Below, in pieces: positions 19,304 to 29,261 of a stretch of DNA of 64,000 bases. Every line of letters starts with the position of its first letter. The stretch's first letter is position 1. The position numbers and the translations under genes are program-made. The notes beneath the pieces are model-generated. The model was not told the DNA's origin. It was given only the letters and a program-made list of their open reading frames with translations, and ran no database searches. The stretch covers positions 1,636 to 65,635 of the forward strand of contig JAEEJH010000079.1 of NCBI GenBank assembly GCA_016281775.1. Reading direction: 5' to 3'. The DNA comes from Clostridiales bacterium. Lineage in GTDB: Bacteria > Bacillota > Clostridia > Oscillospirales > CAG-272.

Positions 19304-19990
19304 TCATACGCCGCCGTAACGCCTGTTTCTCCTCTTGAATTCTTCTAATGCGAGATCTACGTCTGAAGGCGTCATATCCGGCCACAGAGTATCTGTGATA
19401 TACAGTTCCGAATAAGCCGCCTGCCAGAGCATAAAGTTTGAAATACGGTATTCTCCGCCTGTCCTTACAATAAGATCGGGGTCGGGCGCCGGATACGTAT
19501 AGATACAGGACGAAATATCGTCTTCGTTTATCTTCGTTTTGCCTTCGGCTATAAGTCTGTTCACCGCGCCGCATATTTCAGCTCTGCCGCCGTAATTGAG
19601 CGCAATGAAAAGTTTCTTGTCAAGACCATCCGTCTTCTCTTCGAGCAGGTCGATCTTTTTTATCACGTCTTTGCTTATTCCCGACCGTTCGCCGATGAAT
19701 TTGACGCTGACGCCGCGCATAACGAGCTCCGGCAGATAATTGTCTATATATCTGCACAAAAGGTCGAATATCGCGTCGACTTCTCTTTTCGGCCGTTTCC
19801 AGTTCTCGGTCGAGAAGGCGTAGACGGTGACGTATTTGATGCCGATATCGCCGCAGTAATTGACGATCCGGCGAAACGTTTCGGCTCCGGCTTTGTGACC
19901 GTGTTCACGCGGCAGACCGCGTTTCTGCGCCCACCTGCCGTTGCCGTCCATTATAAACGCTATATGCGAAAGAGGCGCCGGGCAGTCCAT
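19304..19990 (-). CDS. uppS: Isoprenyl transferase (undecaprenyl diphosphate synthase)
   Basis: 228 aa with the HIAFIMDGNGRWA and FSTENWKRP motifs. Confidence 0.95.
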   Translation of the reverse strand: MDCPAPLSHIAFIMDGNGRWAQKRGLPREHGHKAGAETFRRIVNYCGDIGIKYVTVYAFSTENWKRPKREVDAIFDLLCRYIDNYLPELVMRGVSVKFIGERSGISKDVIKKIDLLEEKTDGLDKKLFIALNYGGRAEICGAVNRLIAEGKTKINEDDISSCIYTYPAPDPDLIVRTGGEYRISNFMLWQAAYSELYITDTLWPDMTPSDVDLALEEFKRRNRRYGGV

Positions 19991-20544
19991 CAGACTTCCA
20001 TTATCTCCTTAGTGCGCTTTGCGACGGCGGCGTCGATCTCTTTGATATATTTATCGGTAAGATCCTGCATCGCTTTGTCTGACTGTTTCTGTTCGTCTTC
20101 GGTCATTTCCGAATTTTTTTTCATCGCTTTGCTCTTTTCGTTAGCGTCGCGCCTGATGTTTCTTATGGCGACTTTCGAATCCTCGCCCATTTTTGCGATC
20201 TGCTTTGTAAGCTGGCGTCTGACTTCTTCGGTGACCTGCGGGAAAACGAGACGGAGGACTTTACCGTCGTTTGCCGGGTTGATGCCTACGTCGGAGGTCT
20301 GGATCGCTTTTTCGAGTTTTTTGAGCATGGACGGATCCCACGGGGATACGACGAGCGTTCTCGCGTCGGTGACGTTGAGGGCTGCTACCTGAGATATCTT
20401 CGTAGGCACGCCGTAATAATCGACCGTTATTTTGTCAAGAACGGCAGGATTGGCTCTGCCGGCGCGGATAGTGGAAAGCTCATACTGGAGCTGAGCGAGC
20501 GTTTTGCCCATTTTTTCTTCATAAGGTTTAGTGTCGAGTTTCAT
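19990..20544 (-). CDS. frr: Ribosome recycling factor
   Basis: 184 aa with typical Frr sequence (RAGRANPAVLD, NIRRDANE). Confidence 0.95.
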   Translation of the reverse strand: MKLDTKPYEEKMGKTLAQLQYELSTIRAGRANPAVLDKITVDYYGVPTKISQVAALNVTDARTLVVSPWDPSMLKKLEKAIQTSDVGINPANDGKVLRLVFPQVTEEVRRQLTKQIAKMGEDSKVAIRNIRRDANEKSKAMKKNSEMTEDEQKQSDKAMQDLTDKYIKEIDAAVAKRTKEIMEV

Positions 20545-20565
20545 TTTTTATTCTCCTTTTCATTC

Positions 20566-21303
20566 TTATTCAACTGTTATCGTGGTCCCTACGCGCTCGC
20601 CTCTCGCCGCGCGAAGAATGTTTTCTGCGGTGAGCGCGAACAGTTCCATCGGCATTTTTGCGCCGTCGGCTATCGTCGACGCGCTTATATCGATCACCTT
20701 GAGACCTTTTTCGATCATGGTCTTGCAGGGTATCGTATCATATTTTACGGCGTTCGGATTCTTTTTCGGGTCGGCGGAATATACGGCGTCGATATTTTTA
20801 GCGAGAAATACCGCGTCCGCGTTTATTTCGCAGGCACGCAGCACCGCCGCCGTGTCGGTCGAAAAGTACGGGTTGCCGGTACCTCCGCCGAATATTACGG
20901 TATAGCCCTCTTCAAAGTAAGATTCGGCGCGGCGTTTCGTGAACAGTTCGGCGACTTTGTTCATCTCCACGGCGGTCATTGCGACCGACTTGACTCCGCT
21001 GAGATTGAATATGTTCTCAACCGCCAGCGCGTTCATCACCGTGACGAGCATACCCATATCGTCCGCTCTTGCGCGCGAGAATTCCTTCGCCTGCGCGCCG
21101 CGGAAGACGTTGCCGCCGCCTGTGACTATGCCGACCTGTACGCCGCCTTCCGTAAGCGTTTTTACGGTCGCGGCGATCTCTTTGAGAAATTCCGTATCGT
21201 AAGGACCGACGATCTCGGTCTCTCCCGTTACTTCGTTTTTCTTTTTCTTTGACATAGCTTCGCCCGAGAGCTTTAAAAGTATCCGCTTATATTTGTATTC
21301 CAT
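20566..21303 (-). CDS. pyrH: UMP kinase
   Basis: 245 aa with RILLKLSGEA and GGGNVFRG motifs. Confidence 0.95.
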   Translation of the reverse strand: MEYKYKRILLKLSGEAMSKKKKNEVTGETEIVGPYDTEFLKEIAATVKTLTEGGVQVGIVTGGGNVFRGAQAKEFSRARADDMGMLVTVMNALAVENIFNLSGVKSVAMTAVEMNKVAELFTKRRAESYFEEGYTVIFGGGTGNPYFSTDTAAVLRACEINADAVFLAKNIDAVYSADPKKNPNAVKYDTIPCKTMIEKGLKVIDISASTIADGAKMPMELFALTAENILRAARGERVGTTITVE

Positions 21304-21382
21304 AAAGATCCGACCTTTCGAAAATATTTTACTTCAATATATATTGTACTATATATTTTTTAATTTGTAAAGAGAAAAATAT

Positions 21383-21420
21383 AAAAAAACAGCCCGTTTA
21401 CCGAAAATTTCGGTAAACGG
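21383..21420 (-). terminator. Rho-independent terminator after tsf
   Basis: A 10-bp stem, CCGTTTACCG (21394-21403) with CGGTAAACGG (21411-21420), and a 7-nt loop. On the minus strand it is followed by GCTGTTTTTTT. Confidence 0.8.
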
Positions 21421-21439
21421 AGCCGTTATTTTGTTACGC

Positions 21440-22363
21440 TCAGTCCTTTTTGACGAGTTTTTCTATCTCAGCCGCAAAGTCGTCTTCGCGTTTCTGCAGA
21501 CCTTCGCCCTTGTTGTAAACCACGAACGCCGCGACTTTCATCGCTTTGCCCTGTTCTTTGGCGACGGATTCAACGTACTTGCCTACGGTGTAATCGGAAT
21601 CCTTGACGTATTCCTGCCAAAGCAGACAGTTGGTGTCATAGAATTTCTCTATTCTGCCGGTTATCATCTTTTCGATGACCTGTGCGGGTTTGGAGGCGAG
21701 CTTCGGATCGTTTTTGATCTGCGCCGCAAGTATCTCTTTTTCGGATTCGATAACGGAAGCGGGAACGTCGCCTTTATCAAGATACGTCGGGTTCATGGCC
21801 GCGATCTGAAGAGCCACGTTCTTGCCGCATTCTGCGTAATCAGCGCCTTCTTCGCATTCCATCTTTACGATAACGCCTGTAACGCCGCCGCCGTGGATAT
21901 ATGTGACCACGTTGCCTTCTACGATAACGAAACGGCGGATGCTCATGTTTTCGCCTATAGTGAATATCTTGTCTTTCAGGCTTGCTTCAACGGTAAATTC
22001 GGAACCGTAAAGCGGGAGCTTGAGCAGATCTTCAACGTTAGCGGGTTTATATTCGAGTATGGTCTTTTCAACCTGTTTGACAAAATCGCGGAAAGAAGCG
22101 TTCTTCGCAACGAAGTCGGTTTCGGCGTTGACTTCGATCATAACGGCGGTCTTGCCATCTTCGGATACGAGTATGTCAACGACGCCTTCAGCGGCTATTC
22201 TCGCCGCCTTTTTGCCGGCTACCGCAAGACCTTTTTCACGGAGGATCTTGATAGCTTCTTCAAAATCGCCGTCAGCCTCAACAAGAGCCTTTTTGCAGTC
22301 CATCATGCCGCAGTTTGTTTTTGCGCGGAGTTCCGCAACGTCTTTAGCAGTGAAATTTGCCAT
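21440..22363 (-). CDS. tsf: Translation elongation factor Ts
   Basis: 307 aa with the N-terminal VAELRAKTNCGMMDCKKAL UBA-like motif. Confidence 0.95.
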   Translation of the reverse strand: MANFTAKDVAELRAKTNCGMMDCKKALVEADGDFEEAIKILREKGLAVAGKKAARIAAEGVVDILVSEDGKTAVMIEVNAETDFVAKNASFRDFVKQVEKTILEYKPANVEDLLKLPLYGSEFTVEASLKDKIFTIGENMSIRRFVIVEGNVVTYIHGGGVTGVIVKMECEEGADYAECGKNVALQIAAMNPTYLDKGDVPASVIESEKEILAAQIKNDPKLASKPAQVIEKMITGRIEKFYDTNCLLWQEYVKDSDYTVGKYVESVAKEQGKAMKVAAFVVYNKGEGLQKREDDFAAEIEKLVKKD

Positions 22364-22381
22364 GTTTTTATCCTGCCTTTC

Positions 22382-23140
22382 TTATTCTGCCGAATCGTCG
22401 GAAGCGGGAGCTTCTTCAGCTGTTTCGGCCGGTTTTTCTTCTTCGGGAGCGTTCTGCTCGCCCTGTCTGCCTTCGATAACGGCGTCTGCGAGAACGGAGC
22501 TGATCAGTTTGATCGCTCTGATGGCGTCGTCGTTGCCGGGGATGACGTAATCGGCGTCATCGGGGTCGCAGTTGGTATCGATGATGGCGATCACCGGGAT
22601 ACCGAGTTTCTTCGCTTCGAGAACGGCGTTTCTTTCTTTCTTCGGGTCGACTATGAATATAGCGGACGGAAGTTTGTCCATCGTTTTGATGCCGCCGTAG
22701 TTCTTCTGGAGCTCTTCGATCTCTTTGCCGAGCTTCGCGGCTTCTTTCTTCGGAAGATTGCTTATCGTTCCGTCAGCCTGCATCTGTTCGAGCTTTTCAA
22801 GTCTTTCGATGCTCTTCTTGATGGTTCTGAAGTTGGTAAGCATACCGCCGGGCCAACGAACGTTGACGTGGTACATGCCGCATCTTACCGCTTCTTCTTT
22901 GATGGCGTCGGCCGCCTGCTTTTTCGTACCGACGAAAAGAAGTGTACCACCCTCTTCGGAAAGCTGTCTGACGAACATATAAGCTTCCTCAAATTTCTTG
23001 ACGGTCTTGGAGAGGTCGATTATATAAATACCGTTTCTCTCCGTGAAGATGTATTCCTTCATTTTAGGGTTCCATCTTCTGGTCTGGTGTCCGAAATGGA
23101 CGCCTGCTTCAAGCAGCTGCTTGATAGTTACTACTGCCAT
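22382..23140 (-). CDS. rpsB: 30S ribosomal protein S2
   Basis: I trimmed the start to [25 protein letters not shown] (ATG 23138-23140), which is preceded by GAGGAGGAAAA. The 46-residue N-terminal extension of the listed ORF is not S2-like. Confidence 0.95.
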   Translation of the reverse strand: MAVVTIKQLLEAGVHFGHQTRRWNPKMKEYIFTERNGIYIIDLSKTVKKFEEAYMFVRQLSEEGGTLLFVGTKKQAADAIKEEAVRCGMYHVNVRWPGGMLTNFRTIKKSIERLEKLEQMQADGTISNLPKKEAAKLGKEIEELQKNYGGIKTMDKLPSAIFIVDPKKERNAVLEAKKLGIPVIAIIDTNCDPDDADYVIPGNDDAIRAIKLISSVLADAVIEGRQGEQNAPEEEKPAETAEEAPASDDSAE

Positions 23141-23274
23141 TTTATTTTCCTCCTCAGGTTTTTCCTCCACGGGTGATCCGCTTACCGTATATACGGACCT
23201 GTGCGGACGGTTTGAGCCGTGTGCGGATTTATTTTTATCCGTGCAGTTTTCGGATAAATTCAATGTAATATAAC

Positions 23275-23304
23275 ACAAAAAAGCTATTTGTGCAATAGCT
23301 TTTT
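23275..23304 (-). terminator. Rho-independent (bidirectional-looking) terminator after ylmC/ymxH
   Basis: Stem AGCTATT (23282-23288) with AATAGCT (23294-23300), flanked by an A-run on one side and a T-run on the other. Confidence 0.65.
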
Positions 23305-23329
23305 GAGTGATTTTAATTATAATTTACAT

Positions 23330-23623
23330 TTAATTTACAAATTTAAAGAACTTTTTCTTCGGTTTCGGCATCCTCCGGTACTCTCCCTCGCACCGCACGA
23401 GTATGATATCTCTTCCGAGCCGCTCTATGCACTCCCACGGTATGACTATATCGTCGCCTTTTGATATGCCGAGAAAATTGCATTCGCCGGGCACGATGAG
23501 CGCCGTCAGTCTGCCCGTACAGAGATCGAGCTCGGCGTTGCAGACGTAACCGAGGCGTCTGCCGTCGCAGACGTTTATCACTTCTCTTTCTTTCAGAGAA
23601 TCGAGCGTATCGAATTCAGGCAT
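23330..23623 (-). CDS. YlmC/YmxH family sporulation protein (PRC-barrel)
   Basis: 97 aa. VINVCDGRRLGYVCNAELDLCTGRLTALIVPG is typical of YlmC/YmxH. Confidence 0.8.
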   Translation of the reverse strand: MPEFDTLDSLKEREVINVCDGRRLGYVCNAELDLCTGRLTALIVPGECNFLGISKGDDIVIPWECIERLGRDIILVRCEGEYRRMPKPKKKFFKFVN

Positions 23624-23680
23624 ACAGCACCTCCCGGCAAACCGTTATTATATCATATGCGCCGGAAGAAAGATATATGA

Positions 23681-24901
23681 TCAGCCGAGAATGAATTTAT
23701 GGAATATTTTTTTGCCTTTTTTGATAACTACGGCTTTTTCGAGATCTTCTTTGGTCACCGCCGCGTATACGTCCGTGACCTTCGCTTCACCGCACATTAT
23801 GCCGCCCTGCTGTATAAGCCGTCTCGCTTCGCCCTTGGAAGGAGCGAGACCGGACAGAACGAGCATATCAATGACGGATATCTTACCGTCAATCAGATCG
23901 CTTTCGGCTATTTCGGTCGACGGCATGTCTTCGGAAGCACCGCCCGTAAACACGGATCTCGCCGCGGCGAGCGCCTTATCGGCCTCTTCTTTGCCGTGTA
24001 CCATTTCCGTCAGGCTGTGCGCGAGTATCTCTTTGACTTTGTTGAGCTCGCTGCCCTCGCATTTTTCATATTCGGCGATCTTTTCGATCGGTATGAAAGT
24101 GAGCATCTTCATGCACTTTATGACGTCGGCGTCGTCGACGTTTCGCCAGTACTGGAAGAAGTCGTAAGGCGAGGTCTTTTCGGGGTCGAGCCAGACGGCG
24201 TTGCCCGCGGTCTTACCCATCTTTTTGCCCTGGGAATCCGTAAGAAGCGTTATCGTCATCGCGTGCGCGTCTTTTCCGAGCTTTTTGCGTATCAGCTCCG
24301 TACCGCCGAGCATATTGCTCCACTGATCGTCGCCGCCGAACTGCATATTGCAGCCGTAATTCTTGAAAAGATAGTAGAAGTCGTAAGACTGCATGATCAT
24401 ATAGTTGAATTCAAAGAAGGAAAGTCCGCGTTCCATTCTCTGCTTGTAGCATTCGGCGCGAAGCATATTGTTTACTGAAAAGCAGGCTCCGACCTCGCGC
24501 AAAAGCTCCACGTAATTGAGTGAAAGCAGCCAGTCGGCGTTATTGACCATGATCGCTTTGCCTTCGCCAAATTCGATAAACTTCTCCATCTGTTTTTTGA
24601 AGCATTCGGCGTTGTGGTCGATATCTTCTCTCATAAGCATTTTTCTCATATCGGTCCTGCCGGTGGGGTCGCCTATCATCGTAGTGCCGCCGCCTATAAG
24701 CGCTATCGGTTTGTTGCCGGCGAGCTGTAGTCTTTTCATAAGCGTAAGCGCCATGAAATGACCCGCGGTAAGGCTGTCGGCGGTGCAGTCAAAGCCGATG
24801 TAAAACGTGGCTTTGCCTTCGTTTATCATATTTTTGATCTCTTCTTCGTTCGTTACCTGCGCTATAAGTCCGCGCGCGACGAGTTCATCGTACAACTTCA
24901 T
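23681..24901 (-). CDS. tyrS: Tyrosine--tRNA ligase
   Basis: 406 aa. It has a class I HIGH-type region (DSLTAGHF), a KMSKS-type loop (KKMGKT), and a C-terminal S4 domain. Confidence 0.95.
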   Translation of the reverse strand: MKLYDELVARGLIAQVTNEEEIKNMINEGKATFYIGFDCTADSLTAGHFMALTLMKRLQLAGNKPIALIGGGTTMIGDPTGRTDMRKMLMREDIDHNAECFKKQMEKFIEFGEGKAIMVNNADWLLSLNYVELLREVGACFSVNNMLRAECYKQRMERGLSFFEFNYMIMQSYDFYYLFKNYGCNMQFGGDDQWSNMLGGTELIRKKLGKDAHAMTITLLTDSQGKKMGKTAGNAVWLDPEKTSPYDFFQYWRNVDDADVIKCMKMLTFIPIEKIAEYEKCEGSELNKVKEILAHSLTEMVHGKEEADKALAAARSVFTGGASEDMPSTEIAESDLIDGKISVIDMLVLSGLAPSKGEARRLIQQGGIMCGEAKVTDVYAAVTKEDLEKAVVIKKGKKIFHKFILG

Positions 24902-24914
24902 TTTCTTTATCCTT

Positions 24915-26597
24915 TCAGGTTTCTGTTTTGTTCTTTTTAAGCATTTCTTCGGCGGTCTCGACGACTTTTTTCGTTATCTGCACGCCGCCTATTATTCTTG
25001 AAAGCTCCTCAACGCGCTCCCGGTCGTTAAGCGTTTTCGTAAAAGTCTGCGTTCTGTCTCCGACGTCTTTTTTATATACGAGCACGTGATTGTCTGCCTG
25101 TGCGGCGACCTGCGCCGAATGGGTTATTGCGATCACCTGGCACCCTTTCGCCGTATAACGGAGCCTTTGTCCGATGCGTTCAGACGTCGCGCCGGATATC
25201 CCGGTATCGACCTCGTCGTATATGACCGTATCTATATCGTCCTTACCGGCGAAAACGCTTTTGAGCGCAAGCATGATCCTCGACAGTTCTCCTCCGGATG
25301 CCGTCTTGTCAAGCGGTTTAAGTTCGTCGCCGGTATTCGCTGCGAGCAGAAATATCACGTCGTCGGCGCCTTTTGCGTTGAGCTGGACCCTTCTTACCAC
25401 GCTCGTTTCGAACCGGACCTTTTTCAGGTCGAGATAATACAACTCGTCCCTTACGGCTTTCGTAAGCAGCGCGGCGCCCTTTTCTCTCTTTTCCGACAGC
25501 TTTGCGGCAAGAGCTACCGCGGTCGCTTTTTCTTTTTTGATCTCTGCTTTGATTTCGTTGATCTCGTCGTCAACGGCGCGGAGCTTTTCGAGCTCACGCT
25601 TCATTTCCGCCGAATAAGCTTTGATCTCGTTTATGTCGGAACCGTATTTGCGTTTCAGCTGTCTTATCAGTCCGAGCCGTTCTTCGATCGCATCGAGCGC
25701 GGCGGCGGGATCGTCGCCGTATCCGTCGATCAGTTGTCTCACGGAATGGGCTATATCATCGATTTCGTATCGGAAACCGGAAAGCTTTTTTATATATTCC
25801 TCTATCTTGTCGCTGTGCTCCGTCTGATTAAGAGCCTCGAGAGCGTTCACGGCCAGTGCGATCTTATCAGACGCCGAAGCGGATTTTTCGCTTCTGTAAA
25901 GGCTTTTATATACCGTTTTTACGTATTTTGCCGTTTGTTCTATATTTTTTATCCGCTCACGCGAAGCGATAAGCTCGTCTTCTTCGCCGTCTTTCAGCTT
26001 TGCCGAATCTATCTCTTTGATCTGCCTTTGAAGTTCTTCTATCCTTCTTGCCTTTTCTTTTTCGTCCATCATAAGTGAACGCTGCTTCGATATCAGCCCG
26101 TTGAGCGTCTCAAAGCTCTTTGAATATTCGCCAAGCAGCGGCTTGTTTTCGCAGTAAGCGTCGAGATACGCTATATGAGTTTCCGTATCGAGAAGGTCCT
26201 GCGCGGAGTTCTGCCCGTGAATCGAGATCAGATTTTTCGTCACCGTTTTGAGTACGTACATCGGTACGGTCTTACCGTTGCATTTTATCAGATTTCTGCC
26301 GTTATCCGAGATCTCTCTGCAGATCAGCAGTTCGCCGTCGCAAGGTATGCCGGCTTCTGTTATATTTTTGATTTTATCCTCGCCGAGGCTGCAGAACAGC
26401 GCTTCAACGGACGCTGAAGTCTCGCCGGCGCGTATCAGATCTCTGTTTGCTTTTTCGCCGAGAAGTAAATTCACGCTGTCGATAATGATCGATTTGCCGG
26501 CACCGGTCTCGCCCGAGAGTACGGTAAAACCACGGTCGAATTCGATGTCGACCGTTTTTATCGTTGCCACGTTCTCAATATGAAGCGATACGAGCAT
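24915..26597 (-). CDS. recN: DNA repair protein RecN
   Basis: 560 aa. It has Walker A GETGAGKS, a long coiled-coil middle, and a C-terminal SGGELSRIMLA signature. Confidence 0.95.
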   Translation of the reverse strand: MLVSLHIENVATIKTVDIEFDRGFTVLSGETGAGKSIIIDSVNLLLGEKANRDLIRAGETSASVEALFCSLGEDKIKNITEAGIPCDGELLICREISDNGRNLIKCNGKTVPMYVLKTVTKNLISIHGQNSAQDLLDTETHIAYLDAYCENKPLLGEYSKSFETLNGLISKQRSLMMDEKEKARRIEELQRQIKEIDSAKLKDGEEDELIASRERIKNIEQTAKYVKTVYKSLYRSEKSASASDKIALAVNALEALNQTEHSDKIEEYIKKLSGFRYEIDDIAHSVRQLIDGYGDDPAAALDAIEERLGLIRQLKRKYGSDINEIKAYSAEMKRELEKLRAVDDEINEIKAEIKKEKATAVALAAKLSEKREKGAALLTKAVRDELYYLDLKKVRFETSVVRRVQLNAKGADDVIFLLAANTGDELKPLDKTASGGELSRIMLALKSVFAGKDDIDTVIYDEVDTGISGATSERIGQRLRYTAKGCQVIAITHSAQVAAQADNHVLVYKKDVGDRTQTFTKTLNDRERVEELSRIIGGVQITKKVVETAEEMLKKNKTET

Positions 26598-26608
26598 AAC
26601 AGACTTCC

Positions 26609-27088
26609 TCAGTTAGGTTTTGAATTAAGTATCTCCGTAAGTTTGTTTTTGACGTCTACTGCGTCTTTTTCAGTCTTGCAGGCAATGAATATGTTGTCGT
26701 CGCCCGCTATCGATCCGAGCACGCTTTCCCAGCCGAGATAGTCGACTGCGGCCGCGGCCGCAGGCGCCATTCCCGAAAATGTCTTGACTATGACAAGGTT
26801 CATCGCCGACGTACAGCTGATCACCGCCTCATACAGGACCGTCGCGTATTTGTTCTCCGTATATTCCGACGCTGTCGACGGGCTTTTATATTTATAAATT
26901 CCCTTTTTATCTGTAGCCTTGGTCAGCTTCAGTTCTCTTATGTCGCGCGATACCGTCGCCTGTGTAACTTCAAAACCCGAAGCGCGGAGCAGGTTCATAA
27001 GTTCTTCCTGCGTTTCGACGTCCTTTGAATCAATGAGCTCAAGTATCCTCATATGACGCATTTTCTTTACTTTGTTGCTTGTGTTCAT
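26609..27088 (-). CDS. argR: Arginine repressor
   Basis: 159 aa. It has a winged-helix N-terminus (QEELMNLLRASGFEVTQATVSRDIRELKL) and a C-terminal GSIAGDDNIFI oligomerisation/arginine-binding motif. Confidence 0.9.
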   Translation of the reverse strand: MNTSNKVKKMRHMRILELIDSKDVETQEELMNLLRASGFEVTQATVSRDIRELKLTKATDKKGIYKYKSPSTASEYTENKYATVLYEAVISCTSAMNLVIVKTFSGMAPAAAAAVDYLGWESVLGSIAGDDNIFIACKTEKDAVDVKNKLTEILNSKPN

Positions 27089-27091
27089 GAT

Positions 27092-27922
27092 CTACGTTCC
27101 GATCCTTTTGAGTATTTTTGAAGCGAAATTCATATCGTCGAAGACGACCGTTTGAGCGGTCAGCGACGATCTTTTTATTGCCGCCGTACAGCCGCGCCCG
27201 ATTTTTATATCTTCGGCTCCGTCAAGAGTCATATATACCGTCTTATCGGGAGTCGATACGTTTCTTACTTCTATCTCGCACCCGTCGTCGAAAACGAAAC
27301 TGCGCGAAGACGTAGTATGAGGGCAAACCGGAGTCACGATCAGGCACGGAGCCGTTGTATCGACCGCGGGTCCGCCGGCAGACATATTGAAGCCGCTCGA
27401 ACCGGTAGGGGTGCATACGATAAGCGCGGTACTTGCGTAACGCATCGTCTTTTCACCGTTGACCGTTATCTCCGTGTTTACCATTCGCGAAGCCCGCGCT
27501 TCCGCAAACACCGCGTCGTTCAGCGCCAAACGCTCCCTGCCGTCGTAAGTAACGGAAAGTACCGTTCTTTTTACTATTCTGTATTTACCCTCCGAGAGAT
27601 CCGAGAGCTTGTACAGTTCGTTCTTTTCGAGCGCCGAGAGATATCCGACTCTGCCGAGGTTTACGCCGACGACCGGTATACCGAACGCGGCGGCTTTTTT
27701 TGCACGGTCGATCAGCGTCCCGTCGCCGCCGAAAACTATGAGAAAATCCGTATCGGTATAAAGATCGTCTTCGCCGTCTGCGCGGACGGCGCCGTCGAAC
27801 TCACCGTATGAATACGGTATTTTAACCGTATTGCCGTTTGATAACAGTATCTTCACCGCTTCTCTTATCAGATCGGCCGCTTCGGGTTTATACGTATTAG
27901 CCGTTATTGCAAAACTGGACAT
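27092..27922 (-). CDS. nadK: NAD kinase
   Basis: 276 aa with the FGGDGTLI motif and TPTGSSGFNMSAGGP. Confidence 0.9.
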   Translation of the reverse strand: MSSFAITANTYKPEAADLIREAVKILLSNGNTVKIPYSYGEFDGAVRADGEDDLYTDTDFLIVFGGDGTLIDRAKKAAAFGIPVVGVNLGRVGYLSALEKNELYKLSDLSEGKYRIVKRTVLSVTYDGRERLALNDAVFAEARASRMVNTEITVNGEKTMRYASTALIVCTPTGSSGFNMSAGGPAVDTTAPCLIVTPVCPHTTSSRSFVFDDGCEIEVRNVSTPDKTVYMTLDGAEDIKIGRGCTAAIKRSSLTAQTVVFDDMNFASKILKRIGT

Positions 27923-27932
27923 TGTCAGTTCC

Positions 27933-28655
27933 TCATTCCTTGATATAATAAGAAAGAAATTCAGTATTGCCGTCGCCGCCTTTGACCGGCGAAACGGTAA
28001 GACCTTTATTAGTTAAACCCTGACCGGCGCAGAATGAAACGATTTTTTCGCATACAGGCCGGTGATATTCCGGCTTGGCAATGCCGTTTTTGCCTATCCC
28101 CGCTTTGCCGGCCTCGAACTGAGGTTTGATAAGCGAGACGAAAACGCCGCCGGGTCTTAGTATCTTCACTATATTCGGTATAATAAGCGTCTGCGATATG
28201 AACGAGACGTCTATCACGACGATATCGCAATACTCGTTTATAAGCTCGTATCCGAGTTCTCTTGCGTTGAAGCCTTCTATATTTATGACGCGCGGATCTG
28301 ACAGAAGAGACGGATCGAGCTGACCTCGCCCTCCGTCTATCGCGTAGACCTTCGCCGCTCCGCGCTGCAAAAGACAGTCCGTAAAGCCGCCGGTCGACGC
28401 GCCTATATCGGCGCAGACGAACCCTGAAACATTGATTTTAAATTTATCGAGCGCCGCTTCGAGCTTATAACCGCCTCGGCTGACGTATCTGGGCAGCTCT
28501 CCCGTTATCTCTATAACGTCGCTGTCGGTCATCTGATCGGACGGTTTTGAAACGGTTTTGCCGTTGAGTAAGACCGAACCGTTTTTTATAAGCTGCTGCG
28601 CCGCGCTCCTGCTTTTTGCGTAACCTTTGTTAAAAAGAAAAACGTCCGCTCTCAT
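27933..28655 (-). CDS. tlyA: TlyA-family rRNA 2'-O-methyltransferase (S4 plus FtsJ domains)
   Basis: 240 aa with N-terminal MRADVFLFNKGYAKSRSAAQQLIKNG (S4) and DIGASTGGFTDCLLQRGA (SAM motif). Confidence 0.9.
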   Translation of the reverse strand: MRADVFLFNKGYAKSRSAAQQLIKNGSVLLNGKTVSKPSDQMTDSDVIEITGELPRYVSRGGYKLEAALDKFKINVSGFVCADIGASTGGFTDCLLQRGAAKVYAIDGGRGQLDPSLLSDPRVINIEGFNARELGYELINEYCDIVVIDVSFISQTLIIPNIVKILRPGGVFVSLIKPQFEAGKAGIGKNGIAKPEYHRPVCEKIVSFCAGQGLTNKGLTVSPVKGGDGNTEFLSYYIKE

Positions 28656-28660
28656 ATCTT

Positions 28661-29239
28661 CTACTTTCTTTTGAAAAACGACAGGAATCTCGATACCGCA
28701 AGGACGATATTATAACTCTTTTTGATGCCGACAGATTTGCCGAGCGCCTTGCCGCCGACGGTTATACCCGTAATAAGAGACGTTATTATCAGGTTTGCAA
28801 TGAATTCTCTTTCCGGATCGGAAAACAAACTTATTATGATCGCTGCGCCGGTCGATCCGGATACGACGCCCGCGATGTCGCCGACTATATCGGCGCAGAT
28901 GTTGTTGACCTTTTCGGCGTTTCTGATCAGCGATACGGCTACCGTACCGGCTTTGAGCTTACGCGCCGACATGGACAAAAAAGGTTTGATATCAGCCGTT
29001 GTGACGGCGATACCGATTATATCAAATACTACGTTTATAAGTATAAAGATCAGAAGCACTATGAACGCCGCGGCAAGATTCAATCTTTCAAGCACTGAAT
29101 TCGATATCAGCGCAAGCAGTACCGAGCCGGCAATACTGATGAGCACGGCTTTGAAAAACCAGCTCCAGTCGACGGATCTTTTTTGTTTCGATCTCTTTTT
29201 ATCGCGTTTTTTTCGCGGTTTTTCGTCTGAATTATCCAA
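28661..29239 (-). CDS. oapA: Small 4-TM membrane protein in the OapA (OLE-associated protein A) position
   Basis: 192 aa. The TTG start at 29237-29239 lies 7 nt after GAAAGGAG. It has a Lys/Arg-rich N-terminus, four hydrophobic helices, and two Asp in a helix (CADIVGDIAG). It lies immediately 3' of the structured RNA and upstream of tlyA. The assignment rests on synteny and architecture only. Confidence 0.6.
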   Translation of the reverse strand: MDNSDEKPRKKRDKKRSKQKRSVDWSWFFKAVLISIAGSVLLALISNSVLERLNLAAAFIVLLIFILINVVFDIIGIAVTTADIKPFLSMSARKLKAGTVAVSLIRNAEKVNNICADIVGDIAGVVSGSTGAAIIISLFSDPEREFIANLIITSLITGITVGGKALGKSVGIKKSYNIVLAVSRFLSFFKRK

Positions 29240-29261
29240 AAACAGACTCCTTTCAAATAAA

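Noticed and set aside
21431-23176. 581-aa plus-strand ORF spanning the tsf-rpsB region
   Set aside because: It is antisense to two highly conserved genes (EF-Ts and S2). Its composition is dominated by F/V/R/G/L runs, it has no RBS, and it crosses the tsf/rpsB intergenic spacer. It is a classic shadow ORF.
24902-24914. T-box leader upstream of tyrS
   Set aside because: Only 13 nt separate the recN stop from the tyrS start, so there is no room for a T-box of about 200 nt. tyrS appears to be co-transcribed with recN.
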